Shown here: positions 18,646 to 26,562 of the stretch, in pieces
Position numbering within the stretch: the stretch's first letter is position 1
Layout: each line of letters opens with the position of its first letter
DNA from: an uncultured Acidobacteriaceae bacterium
Lineage (GTDB): Bacteria > Acidobacteriota > Terriglobia > Terriglobales > Acidobacteriaceae
Length of the DNA: 32,000 nt
Assembly: GCA_963816705.1 (NCBI GenBank)
Contig: CAWFLZ010000010.1
Span: forward strand, 301,764-333,763
Reading direction: 5' to 3'
Made by a program: the position numbers and the translations under genes
The notes under the pieces: generated by a model
Seen by the model: only the letters and a program-made list of their open reading frames with translations
Database searches by the model: none
Told to the model about the DNA's origin: nothing

Positions 18646-19257
18646 ATGCTTCGCGAAGCCACGATTGAAGGTCGCCATGAACACCGTGCCGAACCACGGC
18701 AGGAAATCCTGCGCGCGGCCGCCCGCCTCTTTCAGCAACAAGGCTACGACGCCACCTCGATGAACGATGTCGCGGCCGCCCTCAAGCTTTCCAAGGGCGG
18801 TCTCTATCATCACTTCCAGTCCAAAGACGAGATCCTCTTCCACATCATGTCCCATGCCATGGACATCACCGAAGAGCGGGTGATCAAGGCGGCGCGCCGC
18901 GTCGAGGATCCCGAAGAGCGCCTGCGCACGCTGATTCGTCTCCACATTGGAGTCGTGCTAAGCGAAGAAGACCGCGAGATCACGGTCATGTTGCACGAGA
19001 ACCATCCTTTGCCGCCCGCGCTGCGCCGCAAGATTAACGGACGAAAAAAAGACTATATCCATTTTGTAGAGATTCTGATTGCCGACGCCCAGCGCCAACT
19101 AAAATCGAGCGGAACGGTAACGCCTCGCGCCGGAGCGTTCGCCCTCCTGGGAATGATTAACTGGATTTACCAGTGGTACAAGCCAGGCAGCGCGCTAACC
19201 GGCGACGCGATTGTGAGTCAATTTACCGAGATATTTTTCCGCGGAGCACTAGGGTAG
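18646..19257 (+). CDS. TetR/AcrR family transcriptional regulator
   Basis: RQEILRAAARLFQQQGYDATSMNDVAAALKLSKGGLYHHFQSKDEILFHIM is a canonical TetR_N domain. Confidence 0.92.
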   Translation: MLREATIEGRHEHRAEPRQEILRAAARLFQQQGYDATSMNDVAAALKLSKGGLYHHFQSKDEILFHIMSHAMDITEERVIKAARRVEDPEERLRTLIRLHIGVVLSEEDREITVMLHENHPLPPALRRKINGRKKDYIHFVEILIADAQRQLKSSGTVTPRAGAFALLGMINWIYQWYKPGSALTGDAIVSQFTEIFFRGALG

Positions 19258-19295
19258 CAAGCCGACAGTTAAAGTTCTCAGCAAGCACATCCTAA

Positions 19296-19389
19296 GCGGA
19301 TAAACGCGGATGAACAAAGAATGAACCAGGATTAGAATTCTAGTTCAAGAAACCGAAAAGAAAATCCGCGTGCATCCGTGTAAATCCGC
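19296..19389. repeat. Interrupted palindromic intergenic element
   Basis: GCGGATAAACGCGGATG (19296-19312) pairs with CATCCGTGTAAATCCGC (19373-19389) at 14/17 positions. Nested inside are TGAAC...GTTCA and TAGAATTCTA (19333-19342). Confidence 0.55.
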
Positions 19390-19582
19390 GGAGAAGAAGT
19401 TCCCCCGCCGACCTGTGGCCTGTGACCTGTCACCGCCCAAGAGTGCAAACTTTTTCCCGGAATAAATTCCACTGCGCTTTTTTACCTTCTGTTGACAACT
19501 CCCAGCGGGTTACACTGCTACGCTGGCTCGCCGACCGAGCGGGTGACTTCCCGCGTCCACTGCGGCCATACGGGGGATGGGA

Positions 19583-21097
19583 ATGAAAGTAGAAAGCAGA
19601 ACCGCACAGTTCCAAACAGTTTTTGTCTTGATTCTTGTGGGCGCATTCGCCCTTTTTTCAGCGGCCAATGCGGCGGCTCAGACCGGCGCCTGGCTTTCGC
19701 ATTCGCACGATGAGCAACATACGGCCCTTTCGACCGTTCAATCACAACCGCTCAGCTCCATTCACTGGCACACGCCCGTAGACCTGTTTCCGCCGCAGGG
19801 CGAAATTTACATTCACTATGGCTCGCCGCTGGTCACAGCCGCCAATACCGTAATCGTCCCGGTAAAGACCGGCACGAACAGTTTCCGCGTCGAGGCCATC
19901 AACGGCACGACCGGCAAAAAAGTTTGGCAGCTCAACACCGGCTGGCAGGCGCCAGGTGCAACTTTTGTCCCAGGACTCGGCCCGACCATTTCCGGCAGTA
20001 CCCTTTATGTTCCCGACATCGCAGGCCGGGTCATTGCGCGCCCGAATCCCGACGAAAAGAAACAGAAGGCCAGCAAGCTCTATTTTTATGGGGTAAAGAA
20101 CTTCAAAAAGAATCGGGCGGCGTACGAAGCCAACGTCCAGATCAACACGCCCCTGACCACCGACGCGGCCGGCAATCTCTTCTTCGGCTTCGACATCCTC
20201 GGCTCGACGCCCCTGAATCTCAAGGGCGGCCTGGCGCGCATCGGAACCGATGGCACAGGAACCTGGGTCTCGGCCGCCAGTCTGAGCGGCGATAACTCGG
20301 TCTACGAAGTTTCCATGAGCGCCGCGCCCGCCCTCTCGCTCGACGGCAGCATCGTGTATGTCTCGGTCGATAACGGCGATTACGGCTATCTGGTCGCGGT
20401 CAACAGCGCAACCCTCGCCCCGATCCACAAAGTCCTGATGAAGGATCCTTCCTCGGGACTGAATGCCATCGTCTTCGACGCCAGCTCCGCCTCGCCCACC
20501 GTTGGCCCGGATGGCGACGTCTACTTCGGCGTCATCGAAAATCCCTTCCCCAATCACAACGACCGCGGATGGCTCCTGCACTACAACGCCGACCTCACCC
20601 AGACCAAAATCCCGGGCAGCTTCGGCTGGGACGACACGGCTTCGGTTGTCCCGTCGTCGATGGTGCCAAGCTATACCGGCACGTCGACCTATCTGCTGAT
20701 GACCAAATACAACAACTATTGCGGTGTGGGCAACGGCAACGGAAAAAACGAGATTGCGATTCTCGATCCGAATGCCACCGAGCACGATCCGATCATTCCC
20801 AATACATTGGTCATGAACGAAGTGCTGACCCACGTCGGCGTGACGCCGGATCAGGATTGTCCGGGAGGTGTAAGAGAGTGGTGCATCAACACGGCCGCCA
20901 TCGATCCCTTCACGAAGTCGGTAATGGCCAACAGCGAAGACGGCAACCTCTATCGCTGGGACCTGACCACCAATACCTTCACCCAGGTGGTACCCCTTTC
21001 CACCGGCGTCGGAGAAGCCTATACGCCAACCGTCATCGGCGCAGATGGAACGGTCTACGCGATCAACGACGCGATTCTGGATGCGATCGGAAAATAG
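19583..21097 (+). CDS. PQQ-like beta-propeller repeat secreted protein
   Basis: Signal peptide, then VFVPGLGPTISGSTLYVPDIAGRVIA-type repeats: INGTTGKKVWQLNTGW, SLDGSIVYVSVDNGDYGYLVAVNSAT, VIGADGTVYAINDAILDAIG. Confidence 0.85.
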   Translation: MKVESRTAQFQTVFVLILVGAFALFSAANAAAQTGAWLSHSHDEQHTALSTVQSQPLSSIHWHTPVDLFPPQGEIYIHYGSPLVTAANTVIVPVKTGTNSFRVEAINGTTGKKVWQLNTGWQAPGATFVPGLGPTISGSTLYVPDIAGRVIARPNPDEKKQKASKLYFYGVKNFKKNRAAYEANVQINTPLTTDAAGNLFFGFDILGSTPLNLKGGLARIGTDGTGTWVSAASLSGDNSVYEVSMSAAPALSLDGSIVYVSVDNGDYGYLVAVNSATLAPIHKVLMKDPSSGLNAIVFDASSASPTVGPDGDVYFGVIENPFPNHNDRGWLLHYNADLTQTKIPGSFGWDDTASVVPSSMVPSYTGTSTYLLMTKYNNYCGVGNGNGKNEIAILDPNATEHDPIIPNTLVMNEVLTHVGVTPDQDCPGGVREWCINTAAIDPFTKSVMANSEDGNLYRWDLTTNTFTQVVPLSTGVGEAYTPTVIGADGTVYAINDAILDAIGK

Positions 21098-21165
21098 AAG
21101 TGACGCGGGCCTTGCTTTTGAACGCTGACACAAAAGAACTGGGGGTGCCCCACCTTTCGCGTCGT

Positions 21166-22802
21166 GAAGCTGTGAAAAAACCACCGGCGAAGTTAATTGA
21201 CAGAGTTGAGAAGCAGGGTAAGCTCGGGGCATGAGCGAGCCCCTAATCCGCAGGATCAATCGCGAGCAGATGTGTTGGCGAGCCGTGGATGTGGAGCAGT
21301 TGATCGAAGAGGGTCATCCGGCGCGGGCCATCTGGGAACTGGTGGGGCGGCTGGATCTGGAGGGTTTCTACGCGGGCATCGAATGCAGCGCCGAAGAAGG
21401 AGGGCGTCCCGCCTATGATCCCCGCTTGCTGATCAGTCTGTGGATTTATGCCTACAGCCAGGGGATCGGGTCGGCGCGGGAGGTGGCGCGGCGCTGCGAG
21501 TGGGAACCGGCGTTCGAGTGGCTGACGGGCTGCGAAACCGTGAACTACCACACGCTGTCCAGTTTCCGAGTGGAGTATCGGGCGGAGTTAGATGAGTTAT
21601 TCACGCAGGTGCTGGCGCTGATGAGCGCGGAAGGGCTGATCACACTGGAGCAGGTGGTGCAGGACGGGACCAAGATCAAGGCGCAAGCGGCGAGCGACAG
21701 CTTTCAAGGCGAGGCGAAGATTGCGGAGCATCTGGAGCGGGCGCGACGGCGCGTGCGCGAGATGGGGGAACCGGATCAGGAAGAAGGGGGGAGCCGGGCG
21801 GAACAGGCACAACGGCGAGCGCGACGCGAGCGGCAACAGCGGTTGGAGCAGGGACTCGAAGAGCTGCAGAAACTGCGTCCCAGCAAGCCACGGGCGCGGG
21901 TGAGCGTGAGTGAACCGGAGGCGCGCCGGATGCGGCAGGCCGACGGGGGCATCGCGCCCAACTACAACGTGCAAATCTCGGCCGATGCAGCGCAGTCGCT
22001 GATCGTGGACGTGAAGGTGACACAAGCCGCCAATGACAGCGAGCAACTGGCGCCGGCCGTCGGACGTATCGCCGCTCGACTGGGCCGCAAGCCGCGACAG
22101 ATGCTGGCCGATGGAGACTTCACCAATCGCCGCAGCATCGAGGCGATGGCGGAGTTGGAAGTGGATTACGTGGGCAGCTTACGCAAAGGCGGCGCGGAGA
22201 AAGACAACACCGGCACCGGACGTTTCACGGCTGCCGTCTTCGTCTACGATCCCGAGCACGATCGCTACTCGTGTCCGGGAGGCAAGCATCTCCGTTACGA
22301 AGGACGGCACAAACACAAGACGGGAAACTTTTTCTACCGCTATGAAGCCCGCGCCGAGGACTGTCAGAGCTGTCCGCTGCAACCGCAATGTTGTCCAAGC
22401 AATCAGCATCGCGGCCGTGGACTGTTGCGCACCGAAGAAACCGCGGCCATGATCGCCTTTCGCCAGAAGATGGCTACACCCGAGGCGCAGCAGCAGTATC
22501 GCCGACGCAGCCGGGTGATCGAGTTCTGCCACGCCTGGATCAAAAGCAAACTGGGATTGCGCCAGTTCCACCTGCGCGGCCTGGCCAAAGTGCAAATGGA
22601 AATGCTCTGGGCCTGCCTCACCTACAACCTGCAACAATGGATTCGCCTGCGCAAACTACAACCCGCAACCGCCTAACCCCGCAGCGAGAAATCGAGAAAC
22701 ACCTTGCGCCAATCAAACTACCCCTCCAGTCCCCGCAACCCCTTCACCAACCCGCGCTCTTTCTTATTTAGGGGTTGCCGAAGACGGTTTTTTCACAGCT
22801 TC
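21166..22802 (+). mobile_element. IS1182-family insertion sequence
   Basis: Perfect 17-bp inverted repeats GAAGCTGTGAAAAAACC (21166-21182) and GGTTTTTTCACAGCTTC (22786-22802) bracket the transposase gene. Exact outer ends and target duplication were not resolved. Confidence 0.75.
21231..22676 (+). CDS. IS1182 family transposase
   Basis: 481-aa intact ORF: YDPRLLISLWIYAYSQGIGSAREVARRCEWEPAFEWLTG...NYHTLSSFR...ADGDFTNRRSIEAMAELEVDYVGS...CQSCPLQPQCCPSN...RSRVIEFCHAWIKSKLGLRQFHLRGLAKVQMEMLWACLTYNLQQWIRL. Confidence 0.93.
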   Translation: MSEPLIRRINREQMCWRAVDVEQLIEEGHPARAIWELVGRLDLEGFYAGIECSAEEGGRPAYDPRLLISLWIYAYSQGIGSAREVARRCEWEPAFEWLTGCETVNYHTLSSFRVEYRAELDELFTQVLALMSAEGLITLEQVVQDGTKIKAQAASDSFQGEAKIAEHLERARRRVREMGEPDQEEGGSRAEQAQRRARRERQQRLEQGLEELQKLRPSKPRARVSVSEPEARRMRQADGGIAPNYNVQISADAAQSLIVDVKVTQAANDSEQLAPAVGRIAARLGRKPRQMLADGDFTNRRSIEAMAELEVDYVGSLRKGGAEKDNTGTGRFTAAVFVYDPEHDRYSCPGGKHLRYEGRHKHKTGNFFYRYEARAEDCQSCPLQPQCCPSNQHRGRGLLRTEETAAMIAFRQKMATPEAQQQYRRRSRVIEFCHAWIKSKLGLRQFHLRGLAKVQMEMLWACLTYNLQQWIRLRKLQPATA

Positions 22803-22872
22803 GCCTTTCGAGAAGTGGCCGATTCGCGCCGCCCGCAGCATTTCGCTGTTACGCTGCTTGCGCTCGAATCTT

Positions 22873-23103
22873 CGTCTGGCGCGAAATTACGCGCAGCAAG
22901 ATGCGAGCCTGTCGGCAGCGGTCTTTCGGACGCTGCGCGAGAGCAACCTGCGACCGTTGGAGTCGGTCCCGCGCGCACAGTGGGTGGAGTGCTATGGGGT
23001 GCACGAGGTACGCGGACGGCAAACGGTCGAGGAGTTCGTCCGCCTGGAAACGGCCCACGACTTGAACCATCTTCGGCAGATCGACCGCATCCTGGGTGGG
23101 TGA
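22873..23103 (+). pseudogene. 3' fragment of a DinB-superfamily protein, truncated next to the IS
   Basis: NYAQQDASLSAAVFRTLRESNLRPLESVPRAQWVECYGVHEVRGRQTVEEFVRLETAHDLNHLRQIDRILGG* matches the C-terminal AHDLNHLRQI signature of DinB-like proteins. No N-terminal part is present. Confidence 0.7.
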
Positions 23104-23114
23104 ATTTTTCCCAC

Positions 23115-23621
23115 TCAGCGGACCGAGATTTCCCCGAAATTAAAAGCAGTGATGACGTGATGATTAAGTGTGATCGTGGAGCGGTATTTTCGGCCGCCGA
23201 TGCTCTCATACTCGAACGTTGCTACATGATTGGCGTTGTAGCCGCCAAGCGTTTCCACTAATGTCACGCGGGATGTTGCGGGGACGGCTGGCATATAGCG
23301 CCACGGTTGCTCGCCCAGCCCTTCATTCCTCGTAATCCGATACCGGAGATTTATTGCGACGCCGTTGCCAACATTGTGTATGACATAACTGCCCTGATCC
23401 GCCCGAGCGACCAAACTACCGACCGCCCCGCCCATCTCCAATATCACGTCTGCCCCGTCGCGCAGCTCACATAGGAACGTCACAAAAGGTTTCTGGGCGG
23501 TTTCCACTTGTTGCTGTGACGATCTACGAATTCGGTAAGTCTCAATGCAATAGACGGCAAGCCCGAGAACACCCAACGTCTGCACCACCAGCATCAGGAA
23601 TTGGATACAGTGATCGGACAT
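23115..23621 (-). CDS. Hypothetical protein with one N-terminal transmembrane helix
   Basis: MSDHCIQFLMLVVQTLGVLGLAVYCIETYRIRR... followed by a soluble beta-rich region (FVTFLCELRDGADVILEMGG...SYVIHNVGNGVAINLRYRI). Confidence 0.6.
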   Translation of the reverse strand: MSDHCIQFLMLVVQTLGVLGLAVYCIETYRIRRSSQQQVETAQKPFVTFLCELRDGADVILEMGGAVGSLVARADQGSYVIHNVGNGVAINLRYRITRNEGLGEQPWRYMPAVPATSRVTLVETLGGYNANHVATFEYESIGGRKYRSTITLNHHVITAFNFGEISVR

Positions 23622-23669
23622 GGGACGGATGTTAGCACGATAGGGCTTCGTTCTCGCTATACTCCCGGC

Positions 23670-24171
23670 ATGACATTTTGGGCAGAAGTTCTCGCCATAT
23701 TCATCGGTGACGTTTTCGCAAGCGCCCTCTTCGTTTTGTTCTATGTGATGGTCCAATGGTTTCTACGGGCCACGGACGTGACGGTTTCGTACAACTGGGG
23801 ATGGAAGGGGACGGACTATTCCCCAAATTTCGACATACGTAATCGTTCGAGTTCGAGATGCTATCTGTTGGCGAACATTGCTTACACGCGAAACAAGGGA
23901 AAAGAGAAAGTCTGGTTTGACAACGATTCTATTTTTTGACAAAGAGCTGCCAGCCGGGAGCATGAGAGGCCGTGATTATAAGGTCGCTCCAGTTAGTGGC
24001 ATCGCTTCGGCCGAACAGGCCATAGGCTTGGAGGTCACCGTGCGCCTACAAAACGGAAGACAGTTTTGGTTGAAGGGTCAAGGGCCAGGGCAACTCAAGA
24101 TGGGACGAATTCAGAAGATAGCGTTTTGGTTGCGCGACAAATTCGAGAAAGCCGCAATCTCTTTGGAATAA
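23670..24171 (+). pseudogene. Hypothetical protein with one N-terminal transmembrane helix, frameshifted at a T6 tract
   Basis: MTFWAEVLAIFIGDVFASALFVLFYVMVQWF...DNDSIF / DKELPAGSMRGRDYKVAPVSGIASAEQAIGLEVTVRLQNGRQFWLKGQGPG.... Frames join if T6 at about 23932-23937 is read as T5. Total length is 3n+1. Confidence 0.65.
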
Positions 24172-24431
24172 AACATTCTGCGAAACCTGGGGATAGCCCG
24201 GGACGTTCACTAGTTTTCTATCCTGATAAAATACCGGCGATTCCGGGCCGGGAGCGAGCAACGAGTGAACGTCGGTCTGTGCCCAGTTTACTAGTTCAGA
24301 TTGAGTAAAGGGAAAACAGAGAGGAGAGCCAATATTCGCGACCTATGATGCGTGTTTGATCGCGCCGTGGAAATCGCTACAATTAGTCACGGAGAAAGCC
24401 AACCCGCCGATTTGGGAACAGGAGGACTGCG

Positions 24432-24695
24432 ATGACGATTGAAATTCATAGGCCGGAACTCGAAGCCCTCATCCGGGACTGGATGAAGACGGGCGCGTTC
24501 CCGACAGTCGAGGATGCCTTGATACAGGCTTTAAAATCCTCCCCGCTCCCATCGGAACCAAGCGCCGGATCGGCGAGAGGCGCTTCTTCTACCGGCGCTG
24601 TAGTGCTCGCGGCGTTGCAGGCTTCACCATATCCGGAAATTGATCTCACGCCGCCTCGTGTGCGCCTCGACAATGTGCGGGATGTCGTGCTCTGA
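24432..24695 (+). CDS. Antitoxin-like protein (putative, ribbon-helix-helix/ParD-like)
   Basis: 87 aa (MTIEIHRPELEALIRDWMKTGAFPTVEDALIQAL...), AGGAGG 6 nt upstream, overlaps the downstream PIN gene (TGATG). Confidence 0.75.
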   Translation: MTIEIHRPELEALIRDWMKTGAFPTVEDALIQALKSSPLPSEPSAGSARGASSTGAVVLAALQASPYPEIDLTPPRVRLDNVRDVVL

Positions 24696-25117
24696 TGGCG
24701 TGGCTGCTGGACACCAATATTCTGTCGGAAGGACGGAAGCCAAAGCCCGATGCTCGCGTGACAGCCTTCTACGCCGCGCAACCGCTCAACACGCTCTATG
24801 TCAGCGTCGTAAACATTGCCGAAATTCGCTTCGGCATCGAACTGCAGCAAGACCTGGCACGGCGTGTTCAGTTAAACGACTGGCTGACAATGAGCCTGAG
24901 GCCCGCCTTCGCGGGACGGATACTGCCGGTTACTGAGGATATTCTGCTCAAGTGGCGGCTATTGATGGAAGACGGACGGAAAATAGGGCATACCTATTCA
25001 CATCCAGACCTTTTGCTTGCAGCGACGGCCTTGCAGCACGGGCTTACGGTTGTCACCCGCGACCGCAGCGACTTCGACATGGCACGGGTGCCGGTTTTCA
25101 ATCCCTGGGACGCCTGA
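24695..25117 (+). CDS. vapC: PIN-domain VapC-family toxin
   Basis: MAWLLDTNILSEGRKPKPDARVTAFY...LYVSVVNIAEIRFGIEL...HTYSHPDLLLAATALQHGLTVVTRDRSDF contains the PIN acidic residues. Confidence 0.92.
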   Translation: MAWLLDTNILSEGRKPKPDARVTAFYAAQPLNTLYVSVVNIAEIRFGIELQQDLARRVQLNDWLTMSLRPAFAGRILPVTEDILLKWRLLMEDGRKIGHTYSHPDLLLAATALQHGLTVVTRDRSDFDMARVPVFNPWDA

Positions 25118-25606
25118 TTGCCTTGCGTTGCCGATTCTCTCATCTGTGGAGAAGATTTATACCGGGGAGAGAACGCAGAGATAATCTCCCCAAGTAACAT
25201 GCCATTGTCTCCACCACCGCGAACACTGAAGTTGACAGAGAGCTGCACCACGTTCTTAATGACCCCGGACATCCGGCGTCATTTGCATTATTTGTCTCTC
25301 CAGTGATCCTGATAAATCGCGGACAGGGTAAGACGGAATGCCCACCACTCCTCGGCAGCAAAATCAGGTAAGCGTCTCGCCGGTCCCAACCAGGTCGATT
25401 GCAAGCAACTGGAGGGCGATTCTCCAATCGTCCATGCCAAAAATCAACCTCGGACGCACAAACTTGCGCAAAAATAAATTTGGGCAAATGAAAGTGGGCA
25501 AGTAAACTCCGGACAGACAATAAGTTCCAAGGTTTTCCACAGACCGGCGGTCCAACTTCCTGTTCCGTTTCCCTGCGCGCATCCAAATTTCGTGTCCAAT
25601 GCATGC

Positions 25607-25623
25607 CTTGTCAACTTGACAAG
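25607..25623. promoter_or_regulatory. Perfect 17-bp palindrome, putative regulator binding site
   Basis: CTTGTCAA-C-TTGACAAG (8+1+8) in a long non-coding interval. Confidence 0.35.
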
Positions 25624-26099
25624 AATCACCCCGCGCCACCCCCGTAAGACGGACAGTGCACGAGTAACTCCTTATTACGCAATAACTCGATCTAAGTCCT
25701 TCCCCTTCAGAGGCTGAAAGCGACCGAAACCAGAACTCCCCGCCAACCCCATGATTCCGGTCGGTCAAGAAAGCCCAGAAAAAAGCCGACCGGTACCAGA
25801 GAGCAAACATCCATCCCCTGAAAAATCCCCGATTCGGCACTTTTCAGGAGACCCGAAAATCAAATTTATTTTATTCGCATTCCCTTCGCTGCAAAAGGCG
25901 TCATAACCAGGCAACAATGTAAGTACAGTAATGTCATCTTTTCAACGTGGAACACACCGCACCTCCAGGACGAAAAACGAGACGGAAACAAAACTGCAGA
26001 GACGCGAAGAAAAAACGAAAAACCAGACCGGCGCAAACCGCCAAATTAACCGCGGAGCTGACCGAGGAAGGCCGCAGAGCGCGCAGCGAAGATCGTCTA

Positions 26100-26395
26100 A
26101 ATAGAACAGCCCGCAAGACTTACGCCTTGCGGGCTGCCCCGGTGGACTGTTTGGGATTGACTGAGGTGGTCACTCTCGTGGCCCCTCGCTCGTTCCGGTT
26201 CCCGCCGACCTGCGGCAGGAGGATCAGCCCAAACTCACGGATCATTTGCGAGAGAATGTCCCCCGATTCCCCCGACCAAAGGTTCCTCGGAGAACTCCGC
26301 TTAGAGCAACCGCCCTAAGACTCAGCCACCTCACCTGGTCTGGTACTTCTACAACAAGAATCTGAACTTGTCATCCGACCACCTCCTTTCCGGTG
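26100..26395 (-). ncRNA. Candidate stand-alone small transcription unit (small ORF and/or structured RNA)
   Basis: Minus strand: TTGACT (26432-26427), 18-nt spacer, TACTCT (26408-26403); GAAAGGAGGT (26390-26381); ATG at 26374 opening a 19-codon ORF; then an 11-bp stem hairpin CAGCCCGCAAG...CTTGCGGGCTG followed by TTCTAT. Confidence 0.4.
26107..26136 (-). terminator. Strong hairpin, putative terminator for minus-strand transcription
   Basis: Arms 26107-26117 and 26126-26136 are perfectly complementary (11 bp) with an 8-nt loop, followed on the minus strand by a weakly T-rich TTCTATTT. Confidence 0.5.
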
Positions 26396-26562
26396 TAAGC
26401 GCAGAGTAGTACGAAAATGAGAGGGAAGTCAATCGGGCAAAGGGAGGAAGACGGGAGGAACCGGATTGGTCACGGTCAGCCGCCTTAAGTCAATTGGGCG
26501 CGTCGAATGCCGTCCCAAGCTTTGGGCATTCAGAAGTTTAGACGGGCGTTTACGGTAGGGAT

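Noticed and set aside
19742-21259. 505-aa minus-strand ORF opposite the PQQ propeller gene.
   Set aside because: Long but antisense to a convincing signal-peptide-bearing repeat protein; composition (runs of RRV/GRG/DRD) looks like a shadow.
22704-23261. 185-aa ORF starting near the IS right end.
   Set aside because: It crosses the IS inverted repeat, and a different frame carries the DinB C-terminal signature.
25140-25840. Two overlapping minus-strand ORFs (154 and 158 aa).
   Set aside because: Cys/Trp-rich sequences without recognisable domains or supporting ribosome-binding sites; treated as non-coding.
25947-26318. 123-aa plus-strand ORF (MEHTAPPGRKTRRKQNCRDAKKKRK...).
   Set aside because: Low-complexity basic start followed by apparently random sequence, crosses the strong hairpin; not convincing as protein.
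26372-26400. CATCCGACCACCTCCTTTCCGG on the plus strand resembles the 3' end of 16S rRNA (GGATCACCTCCTTTCT).
   Set aside because: No upstream 16S sequence exists. The match simply reflects a near-perfect Shine-Dalgarno on the minus strand.
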